Shown here in pieces: positions 26,726 to 34,484 of a stretch of DNA of 64,000 nucleotides. A program made the position numbers and the translations under genes. This DNA comes from an uncultured virus (IMG/VR IMGVR_UViG_3300006155_000009) (Duplodnaviria > Heunggongvirae > Uroviricota > Caudoviricetes). The notes beneath the pieces were generated by a model that saw only the letters and a list, made by a program, of their open reading frames with translations, was not told the DNA's origin and did no database searches. The stretch is from IMG/VR virus record IMGVR_UViG_3300006155_000009; one strand, given 5' to 3'. Positions within the stretch are counted from its first letter, which is position 1; each line of letters opens with the position of its first letter.

Positions 26726-27973
26726 ATGGAAATTGTGAAGATGAAATTATCGGAGCTGAACCCGGCGGAGTACAACCCCCGGAAAGCTCTCAGGCCGGGA
26801 GATCCGGCCTATGAAAAGCTGAAGGCGTCCATCCTCTCCTTTGGGAATGTGGAGCCCGTCGTGTGGAACCGCAGCACAGGGAATGTGGTCGGCGGCCACC
26901 AGCGGCTCCGTGTCCTTTTGGATCTGGGTGTGACGGAGAGCGAGGTCAGCGTGGTCGAGCTGTCCGAGGTGGACGAAAAGCGGCTGAACATCGCTCTCAA
27001 CAAAATCACTGGCGAATGGGATGACGAAAAGCTGACGTCCCTGCTGGCTGACCTCACCGCCGGCGGCGCGGACGTGTATCCCACCGGCTTTGACGAACAG
27101 GAACTTTCCTCCATGTTCGCCGATCTCACCAAGGCGGCCGCGCACGATGATGACTTCGACCTCACCGCCGCCCTGGAGAAAGCCTCCTTCGTCAAGCGGG
27201 GCGACGTCTGGACGGTTGGTAGGCACCGCCTCATGTGCGGCGATGCCACCTCCGTCGAGGACGTGGCCACGCTGATGGACGGGAAGAAGGCCAACCTCAT
27301 CCTGACCGATCCCCCCTATGGCGTCTCCTTCAAGTCCTCGGATGGGCTGACCATTCAAAACGACTCCATCAAGGGGGATGACTTTTACCGTTTTCTCCTC
27401 CAATCCCTTACAAACATGGTCGCCCACCTGGAGCCAGGAGGGGCGGCCTATGTTTTTCATGCGGATACGGAGGGGCTCAATTTCCGCCGGGCGTTCATTG
27501 ACGCTGGCCTGCACCTGGCTGGGGTGTGTATCTGGGTGAAGAACTCCCTGGTGCTGGGCCGCAGCGACTACCAGTGGCAGCATGAGCCGGTTCTGTACGG
27601 CTTCCTTCAGAACGGCAAGCACCGCTGGTATTCCGACCGCAAGCAGACCACCATCTGGAACTACGACAAGCCCAAGCGGAACGAGAACCACCCTACCTCC
27701 AAGCCGCTGGATCTACTGGGCTATCCAATTCAAAACTCATCCCAGGAGAACGCCATCGTTCTGGATACCTTCGGCGGCTCCGGCTCCACCCTTATGGCCT
27801 GTGAGCAGCTGGGGCGGATCTGCCACACGATGGAACTGGATGAGAAATATGCCTCCGTCATCCTCCGTCGCTATGCGGAGGGCTCCGGGGACACCTGCGG
27901 CATCCACGTCCTTCGAGACGGGGAGCGTATCCCCTACGCAGACCTGGTCAAAGAGGTCGGCGCCGGTGGATAG
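26726..27973 (+). CDS. ParB-like N-domain + N6/N4 DNA methyltransferase
   Basis: YNPRK..VGGHQRL; TDPPY; HPTSKP; LDTFGGSGST. Confidence 0.92.
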   Translation: MEIVKMKLSELNPAEYNPRKALRPGDPAYEKLKASILSFGNVEPVVWNRSTGNVVGGHQRLRVLLDLGVTESEVSVVELSEVDEKRLNIALNKITGEWDDEKLTSLLADLTAGGADVYPTGFDEQELSSMFADLTKAAAHDDDFDLTAALEKASFVKRGDVWTVGRHRLMCGDATSVEDVATLMDGKKANLILTDPPYGVSFKSSDGLTIQNDSIKGDDFYRFLLQSLTNMVAHLEPGGAAYVFHADTEGLNFRRAFIDAGLHLAGVCIWVKNSLVLGRSDYQWQHEPVLYGFLQNGKHRWYSDRKQTTIWNYDKPKRNENHPTSKPLDLLGYPIQNSSQENAIVLDTFGGSGSTLMACEQLGRICHTMELDEKYASVILRRYAEGSGDTCGIHVLRDGERIPYADLVKEVGAGG

Positions 27974-29552
27974 GTTAAAGCTGGGGAGCCTGTTTGACGG
28001 CTCCGGGGGCTTCCCCTTGGGCGGCCTGCTGGCTGGCGTTACCCCGGTGTGGGCCTCAGAAATCGAGCCGTTCCCCATCCGGGTAACCACAAAGCGGCTG
28101 CCGGGGATGCGGCATCTGGGAGACGTGTCCTCTATCAACGGCGCGGAGATCGAGCCGGTGGACATCATCACCTTCGGCTCACCCTGCACCGACATGAGCA
28201 TCGCCGGCAAGCGGGCCGGTCTGGAGGGGGCACAGTCCTCCCTTTTCTATCAGGCCATCCGCATCATCAAAGAAATGAGGTGTGCAACCAATGGACAATA
28301 CCCGCGCTGGGTCTGCTGGGAGAACGTTGTTGGGGCCTTCAGCTCGAATCAGGGCTTCGACTTCAAGGCGGTCCTCGATGCGGTCATCGGTATCGCAGAG
28401 CCGGGGGCCTCGGTGCCTATGCCTGAGAAAAACCGATGGCCCTACGCCGACATTTACATGGGAGACCGATGGAGCATTGCGTACAGAGTTTTTGATGCAC
28501 AATTCTGGGGAGTCCCCCAGCGAAGGCGCCGCTGTTACCTTGTCGGAGATCTTAGAGGCCAATGCGCCGGACGGGTACTCTTTGAGTCCGAGGGCCTGTC
28601 TGGGTATTCTGCGGCGAGCTTCCGCACGTGGCAAAGAGCTGCCCGATATCCTTCGGCGGGCACTGGAGCTGCAGGCGGGATCTGCTTGAACGACCAGGGC
28701 GGGGGCCGCATGGACATCTCGGAGGAGGTGGCCAGCACCCTCCGGGCGGAGAGCCACGGCCACCCGCCCTGTGTGATGGCGGCAGGCTTCTGCACGGAGC
28801 ATTCCGCCGCAAGCCGGTCTATCGGCTATGGCGAGGAGTGCTCCCCAACGCTCCGGGCCGGGGTGGTCCCCGCCGCTGTGTATGAGAACCACAGCCAGGA
28901 CACGCGCTACACCGGCCCCCTCGATACTGCTCCCACGGTCAGCTCTACCTACGGCACCGGGGGCAACAACCAGCCCTTTGTGGTGGGGATGCGGACATAC
29001 GATGTCCGTTTCACTTCGGAGGGCACAAGAAACGCCCGACAGAACGTTTACGAGACGGACACCGCCAGGACTATCGACACCGGGGGCAATCCCCCGGATT
29101 CCAACCAGGGCGGGGTGGCGGTGGTGGCTGACCCTGCGGCCTACGCCATGACCATGTGCGGATTTCCACAGGTCAGTAAGGAGCAGGCCCCCACGCTGCT
29201 GGCGCGGGATTTCAAAGACCCAACAGCAGTCAACCGGGGATACACCGTGAGAAGGCTGACCCCCACAGAGTGTGCCAGGTTACAGGGGTTCCCGGACTGG
29301 TGGTGCGCCGGCCTGGAGACCCCGGAGCCGACAGAGGAGGACATCACCTTCTGGTCGGAGGTCTGGGAGACCCACCGCAGGATCATAGGGGCGGCCACCA
29401 AGCCCAAGACAAGGAACCAGATCGTCAGCTGGCTGCAGTCTCCGCATTCGGATTCTGCCGAGTACAAAATGTGGGGGAACGGGGTCGCGCTGCCCAATGT
29501 GTTCTTTGTGCTGGCTGGCATTGTGTGGTCTACACAAGAGTGGCCTGGATAA
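27966..29552 (+). CDS. C5-cytosine DNA methyltransferase
   Basis: SLFDGSGG, GSPC, WENV, QRRRR, RRLTPTECARLQGFPD, GNGV. Confidence 0.92.
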   Translation: MDRLKLGSLFDGSGGFPLGGLLAGVTPVWASEIEPFPIRVTTKRLPGMRHLGDVSSINGAEIEPVDIITFGSPCTDMSIAGKRAGLEGAQSSLFYQAIRIIKEMRCATNGQYPRWVCWENVVGAFSSNQGFDFKAVLDAVIGIAEPGASVPMPEKNRWPYADIYMGDRWSIAYRVFDAQFWGVPQRRRRCYLVGDLRGQCAGRVLFESEGLSGYSAASFRTWQRAARYPSAGTGAAGGICLNDQGGGRMDISEEVASTLRAESHGHPPCVMAAGFCTEHSAASRSIGYGEECSPTLRAGVVPAAVYENHSQDTRYTGPLDTAPTVSSTYGTGGNNQPFVVGMRTYDVRFTSEGTRNARQNVYETDTARTIDTGGNPPDSNQGGVAVVADPAAYAMTMCGFPQVSKEQAPTLLARDFKDPTAVNRGYTVRRLTPTECARLQGFPDWWCAGLETPEPTEEDITFWSEVWETHRRIIGAATKPKTRNQIVSWLQSPHSDSAEYKMWGNGVALPNVFFVLAGIVWSTQEWPG

Positions 29553-29612
29553 TTTGTGATAGTCAGGCTGAGAAATGACTTGCTATTTGTGGCCTACAGA
29601 GTGATATATGTA
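29531..29612 (+). promoter_or_regulatory. Composite promoter motif copy F
   Basis: TACACAA-16-TTGTGATAGTCA-13-CTTGCTA-12-AGAGTGATATATGT. Confidence 0.75.
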
Positions 29613-29640
29613 GCCAACAAAAGCAAGGAGGCAGACAGCC

Positions 29641-30303
29641 ATGACAATCAAATACAACCGCACCGGGGCCGACCGCAAGTCTCTGGTCGATGCCATCGCC
29701 AACATCACCGGGGCCGAGGCCAAGTACCTGGGCGCCCCCAGCTTTGCCTACCAAGTGGACTATTTCACCATTGACCGCAGCGGCACCGTCACCTTCGACG
29801 ACCGGGCCGACAGCGAGGAGATCGAGAACCTCATCGAGCGACTGGCCAGCATGGGCTTTGAGGCCGACGCCGGGGCGGAGCAGCCCTCGGCGCACGATGG
29901 GCTCACCATTCAGATGCCCGCGGACAGCTTCACCCCGGAGGCCCTCAACAACCTCCACAGCCTCATCGCCGCCAAGGGGCGGCTGATCCGCAAGGCCCTG
30001 GGTGTTGACCTGCTGCCGGTCCAGGTGGAGGCCGACACGGTTTCCTTCCCCTGGTTCAGCGGTGAGACCACCGCCGAGGAGGTCAAGGCATACACGCACC
30101 TGATCACCGCGCTCTGCGACATGGCGCGGAACCAGAAGCGCATCACCGCCAAGGATAAGGACACCGACAACGACAAGTACGCATTCCGGTGTTTCCTCCT
30201 CCGGCTGGGCTTCATCGGGGCCGAGTACAAGGAGGAGCGGAAGATTCTGCTCCGTAACCTCACCGGCTCCTCGGCCTTCAAATCCGGCGGCAAGGCGGTG
30301 TAA
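29641..30303 (+). CDS. 'Virulence-related'-type phage protein, paralogous to the amidoligase C-terminus
   Basis: YLGAPSFAYQV..NDKYAFRCFLLRLGFIG..NLTGSSAF. Confidence 0.8.
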   Translation: MTIKYNRTGADRKSLVDAIANITGAEAKYLGAPSFAYQVDYFTIDRSGTVTFDDRADSEEIENLIERLASMGFEADAGAEQPSAHDGLTIQMPADSFTPEALNNLHSLIAAKGRLIRKALGVDLLPVQVEADTVSFPWFSGETTAEEVKAYTHLITALCDMARNQKRITAKDKDTDNDKYAFRCFLLRLGFIGAEYKEERKILLRNLTGSSAFKSGGKAV

Positions 30304-30399
30304 ATACACCAAAACAAGCCCCACATCCTTGTGTACTTTATGGCTCGAAATAACTTGCTATTAACTCCGTTTAGAGTGATTAATACACTACCGAAAGGG
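30301..30399 (+). promoter_or_regulatory. Composite promoter motif copy G
   Basis: TACACCA-17-TTGTGTACTTTA-13-CTTGCTA-12-AGAGTGATTAATAC..ACCGAAAGGG. Confidence 0.8.
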
Positions 30400-30426
30400 A
30401 AAACACAACAAACGGAGGACAACACA

Positions 30427-31377
30427 ATGAACGAGAAGCTGATGAACCAGGTCGCCGAGATGAAGAAGCAGACCATCGGGGTTGAGGTCGAGATGAACAA
30501 CATCGAGCGGAGCAAGGCCGCCAAGCTGGCCGCCGAGTTCTTCGGCACCCGCCGCTACCAGAACACCGCCACCCGCAACGGTTACATGACCTGGTCCGCC
30601 TGGGACGCCCAGGGCCGCGAGTGGAAGTTCCAGAAGGACGTCAGCATCCACGGGCCGGACAGCGAAAAGTGCGAGATGGTCACTCCGATCCTGACCTACG
30701 CCGACATGGACCTCCTCCAAGGGTTGGTCAGGCACCTGCGCAAGGCCGGGGCCAAGAGCGACGCCACCAGGGGTTGCGGAGTCCACATCCACATCGGAGC
30801 CAAGGGCCACACCCCGCAGAGCCTGCGGAACCTGGCCAACATCATGGCCAGCCATGAACGCCTCCTGGCGGACGCCCTCAACCTCGACCGGGGCCGGATG
30901 AGCCACTACTGCAAAACGGTGAACCCCGCCTTTTTGGACAAGCTGAACCGGCAAAAGCCCACCACAATGGCCGACCTTGCCGAGGTTTGGTACACCTGCA
31001 ACAGCAGGAGCTACGAGAGCCGCAGCGCCCACTACAACGAGAGCCGCTACCATATGCTCAACCTCCACGCCACCTTCACCAAAGGCACGATTGAGTTCCG
31101 CCTTTTTCAGTTCGACGCACCGTCCACCGATCGCAAGAACGGCCTCCACGCCGGACAACTGAAAAGCTACATCCAGCTTTGCCTGGCCCTCAGCCAAATG
31201 GCCAAAGCCCTCAAGAACGCCAGCCCCAAGCCCCAACAGACCGACAACCCCAAGTACGCCATGAGGACTTGGCTCCTCCGGCTGGGGTTCATCGGAGAGG
31301 AATTCGCCACCGCCCGCGACCTCCTGACCCGCCGCCTCGCCGGGAACGCGGCCTTCCGCAACGGAAGGGCCGCCTGA
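30427..31377 (+). CDS. Amidoligase (COOH-NH2 ligase type 2)
   Basis: IGVEVEM, DVSI, EMVTP, CGVHIHI, RYHMLN, TIEFR motifs. Confidence 0.9.
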   Translation: MNEKLMNQVAEMKKQTIGVEVEMNNIERSKAAKLAAEFFGTRRYQNTATRNGYMTWSAWDAQGREWKFQKDVSIHGPDSEKCEMVTPILTYADMDLLQGLVRHLRKAGAKSDATRGCGVHIHIGAKGHTPQSLRNLANIMASHERLLADALNLDRGRMSHYCKTVNPAFLDKLNRQKPTTMADLAEVWYTCNSRSYESRSAHYNESRYHMLNLHATFTKGTIEFRLFQFDAPSTDRKNGLHAGQLKSYIQLCLALSQMAKALKNASPKPQQTDNPKYAMRTWLLRLGFIGEEFATARDLLTRRLAGNAAFRNGRAA

Positions 31378-31468
31378 CCCACCCCGGCTCCGCACCGCCC
31401 CGCCTAACCCGCCACAAGCGGGCTTTAGGCAGTAGAAGGGGATGCCCTTCGGAAAGGACGGATCGGAA

Positions 31469-31951
31469 ATGGCGAAAAGGTTTTACATTGCCTACGGCAG
31501 CAACCTCAACCTGCCGCAGATGCGGGGACGCTGCCCTGGGGCGACTGTTGTCGGCACCGCAGTCATCGAGAACTACCGACTGCTGTTCAAGGGGAGCAAG
31601 ACCGGCTCCTACCTCACCATTGAACCATGGGAGGGAGGCAGGGTGCCAGTGGCGGTGTGGGAGGTCACGGCGGCGGATGAGCGCAGCCTCGACCGCTATG
31701 AGGGCTACCCCGTGTTCTACCACAAGATGGACATGGAACTGGAGGTAACGCTGGCCGGCTCCGGCGAGGTGCGCACCCTGGAGGGTTTTGCCTACGCCAT
31801 GTACGCGGACAGGCCCCTCGGAACGCCCAGCAATTCCTACTTCATCACCTGCACACAAGGGTATCGGAGCTTTGGCTTTGACCCGCGCATCCTTCTGGAT
31901 GCATACGCAGACAGTAAAGGGGAGGCAGTTTTATGCGCGACAAAACAGTGA
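31469..31951 (+). CDS. Gamma-glutamylcyclotransferase (AIG2-like)
   Basis: YIAYGSNL..QM..RCP..LDRYEG.P..Y. Confidence 0.9.
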   Translation: MAKRFYIAYGSNLNLPQMRGRCPGATVVGTAVIENYRLLFKGSKTGSYLTIEPWEGGRVPVAVWEVTAADERSLDRYEGYPVFYHKMDMELEVTLAGSGEVRTLEGFAYAMYADRPLGTPSNSYFITCTQGYRSFGFDPRILLDAYADSKGEAVLCATKQ

Positions 31952-32127
31952 GCGAGCACGTCTGCCCCAGGTGCGGGCGGACATACACCGAGCGCCCAGC
32001 CATGGCCAGGGACAACAGCGGCCCCATCTGCCCCGACTGTGGGACACGAGAGGCGCTGGAGAGCATCGGTGTGGGTGCGGATGAGCAGGAGCGCATCCTC
32101 GACACCATCCATCGGCACCAGATGTAA
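31933..32127 (+). CDS. Small zinc-finger protein
   Basis: CPRCG..ICPDCGTREAL. Confidence 0.75.
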   Translation: MRDKTVSEHVCPRCGRTYTERPAMARDNSGPICPDCGTREALESIGVGADEQERILDTIHRHQM

Positions 32128-32210
32128 ATATAACCGGCGAGACGGCGGGCGGCTCCAATTTGGGCCGTCCGCCTGTTTTGTGCTGCTATTTTTCAGAAAG
32201 GGCGATAAAG

Positions 32211-32528
32211 TTGCCAAGAAACGGAACGATTGAAGAAACCCCTGGCTATTGCAAGGCGGAAGACCTGGCGAGGCTGTTAACCCTGTCCGCCCAGAGCATC
32301 AGCCAACTCACCAGAGATGGTGTACTGAAGAAAAGGGACACCCCCGCCGGGAAACGCTATAACGTGGTGGAGTCCACCCAGGCTTATATACAGTACCTTC
32401 GGGACAAGGCGGCTGGCCGCAAAGATGCCTTGGAGCGGGAGGCGCTGGAAGCCGAGGTGCGCATCAAGAAGGCCAAAGCGGATATTGCCGAACAAGAGGC
32501 CAAGGAATTCAAGGGATGGCCAGTCTGA
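32211..32528 (+). CDS. Nu1-like terminase small subunit, probably truncated
   Basis: N-terminal wHTH (LARLLTLSAQSISQLTRDGVL..YIQYLRDKA) plus a coiled coil that ends abruptly. Confidence 0.55.
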   Translation: MPRNGTIEETPGYCKAEDLARLLTLSAQSISQLTRDGVLKKRDTPAGKRYNVVESTQAYIQYLRDKAAGRKDALEREALEAEVRIKKAKADIAEQEAKEFKGWPV

Positions 32529-32580
32529 TGGAATGCCAGCTATATAGCGCGAAGGGGGCGTATAGGGGGAAGGTGGTGGT

Positions 32581-33072
32581 ATGGCAAATGAGAAGAATCT
32601 AATACCGTTTACCAGCGACCAAAGCCATGATGAAGCCGTGAAAAACGGCAAGAAGGGCGGCGTGGCGTCCGGGGCGGCCAGACGGCGGAGAAAAACCATG
32701 CGGCAGACGCTGAATGCCCTGCTGGGTGCCGGCCTGGACGTCAGTGAGCAGGAGTTCGTGGAGAAGGTCACGCCGCGGCTGCTGGCGCTCGGCATCGACG
32801 TGGAGGACGCCACTTATCAGGACGTGATGCTGGCCGGTATTCTGATGAAAGCAATCCGGGGTGACGTCCGGGCCGCTGAGTTTATTCGGGATACCGGCGG
32901 GGACAGCCCCCATCTGGATATGAAAAAACAGGAGCTGAAACTGCGAAAGGAAGAACTGCGGTTCAGGCAGGAGCTGGAAACAAAGAAAGCTGCGGCTGAG
33001 GCGTCTGGCTCTGAAGAAGGGGAAAAGGAGACCGTACACATCTACCTGCCCGACAACGGAAGAGGGGGATAG
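32581..33072 (+). CDS. Putative terminase small subunit (KGG motif)
   Basis: MANEKNLIP..GKKGGVASG..GDVRAAEF; directly upstream of TerL. Confidence 0.7.
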   Translation: MANEKNLIPFTSDQSHDEAVKNGKKGGVASGAARRRRKTMRQTLNALLGAGLDVSEQEFVEKVTPRLLALGIDVEDATYQDVMLAGILMKAIRGDVRAAEFIRDTGGDSPHLDMKKQELKLRKEELRFRQELETKKAAAEASGSEEGEKETVHIYLPDNGRGG

Positions 33073-33075
33073 TGT

Positions 33076-34476
33076 ATGGACAAGGAGATCAGACCACAGC
33101 CGGGACCGCAGGAGGCGTTTCTGTCCTCTCCGGCAGATGTGGTGATCTATGGCGGCGCGGCCGGCGGCGGAAAGACCTACGGTATGCTGCTGGACGCGCT
33201 CCACTATACCCATGTGCAGGGTTTCGGTGCGGTGTTTTTCCGCAAGAACCACAATCAGATATTCTCCGAGGGTGGTTTGTGGGACACTTCGCTCGATCTG
33301 TATACGGGCCTTCCGAATGCTGTCCCAGTCCTGGGAAGATGCCAGTGGAAGTTCATGAACCCCAAAGGCCGAACGTGCTCCAAGGTCAGCTTCAAACATA
33401 TCGAGCGGGATTTAGACCTCGGAAAATGGCAGGGGAGCCAAATATGCGCCCTGTATTTCGATGAGTTGACCCACTTCAGCGAAAAGACGTTTTTTTATAT
33501 GTTCTCCCGAAATCGCTCACTTTGTGGCGTAAAGCCGTATACGCGAGCATCATGCAACCCCGACCCTGACAGCTGGGTTGCCAAGTTTATCGAGTGGTGG
33601 ATCGACCCGAAAACAGGATATGCCATCCCGGAGCGCAGCGGGGTAATCCGCTGGTTCATCCGAATTGAGGAGGTCATCCATTGGGCCGACACCCGCGAAG
33701 AACTGTGGGAACGGTTCAATCTCACCACAAAGACGGAGCGGGACAAGCCCAAGTCCGTTACCTTTATTGCCGCTTCGGTCTACGATAACAAACTCCTGCT
33801 GGAGAAGGACCCCGGCTACCTCGCCAATCTGGAGGCCATGGCCCTCGTGGAGCGGGAACGGCTCCTGCACGGCAACTGGAAAATCAAAGCTGCCGCCGGG
33901 CTGTTCTTCAAGCGCGCCCAGCTTGGAAAAAGACTGGACGCCGTGCCTACGGACGTTGTGCGCTGGGTGCGGTGCTGGGACTTGGCGGCATCCGAGAAAA
34001 CACAGAAGGGTGACCCCGCCTATACCGCAGGAGTCCTCATGGGCAAGCGCAGCAACGGGCGGTATATCATCGCGGATGTGGTAAACAGGCAGATGGCAGC
34101 CTCCGATGTGCGCAAGACCATTCTAATGACGGCGCAAATGGACCGGGACAAATACGGCGATGTGCGCATCCGGCTCCCACAGGACCCCGGACAAGCGGGA
34201 AAGGAGCAGGCGGAGTCCTACATCAAATTCCTGTCTGGCTTCAATGTGACCACCGAACTGGAGTCCGGCAGCAAGGCGACCAGAGCGGAGCCCATGGCCG
34301 CCCAGTGGCAGGCGGGCAATTTCGACATACTCGCCGGCGAATGGAACGAGCCGTATCTGCTCCAACTGGAGAATTTCCCGGACGGGAAGTTCAAGGACAT
34401 GGTGGACGCATCCGCAAATGCGTTTTTAGAAATCGAAACCGGGCAGCAGCCTTTTGCTTACTCGTTCGTTTACTGA
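33076..34476 (+). CDS. terL: Terminase large subunit
   Basis: YGGAAGGGKT, FDELTHF, SCNP, WDLA, DMVDA. Confidence 0.95.
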   Translation: MDKEIRPQPGPQEAFLSSPADVVIYGGAAGGGKTYGMLLDALHYTHVQGFGAVFFRKNHNQIFSEGGLWDTSLDLYTGLPNAVPVLGRCQWKFMNPKGRTCSKVSFKHIERDLDLGKWQGSQICALYFDELTHFSEKTFFYMFSRNRSLCGVKPYTRASCNPDPDSWVAKFIEWWIDPKTGYAIPERSGVIRWFIRIEEVIHWADTREELWERFNLTTKTERDKPKSVTFIAASVYDNKLLLEKDPGYLANLEAMALVERERLLHGNWKIKAAAGLFFKRAQLGKRLDAVPTDVVRWVRCWDLAASEKTQKGDPAYTAGVLMGKRSNGRYIIADVVNRQMAASDVRKTILMTAQMDRDKYGDVRIRLPQDPGQAGKEQAESYIKFLSGFNVTTELESGSKATRAEPMAAQWQAGNFDILAGEWNEPYLLQLENFPDGKFKDMVDASANAFLEIETGQQPFAYSFVY

Positions 34477-34484
34477 GGTGAAAT

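Noticed and set aside
27582..27965. N-terminal extension of the C5 methyltransferase given in the ORF track
   Set aside because: Overlaps the upstream MTase; motif I begins just after GTG 27966, which has an RBS.
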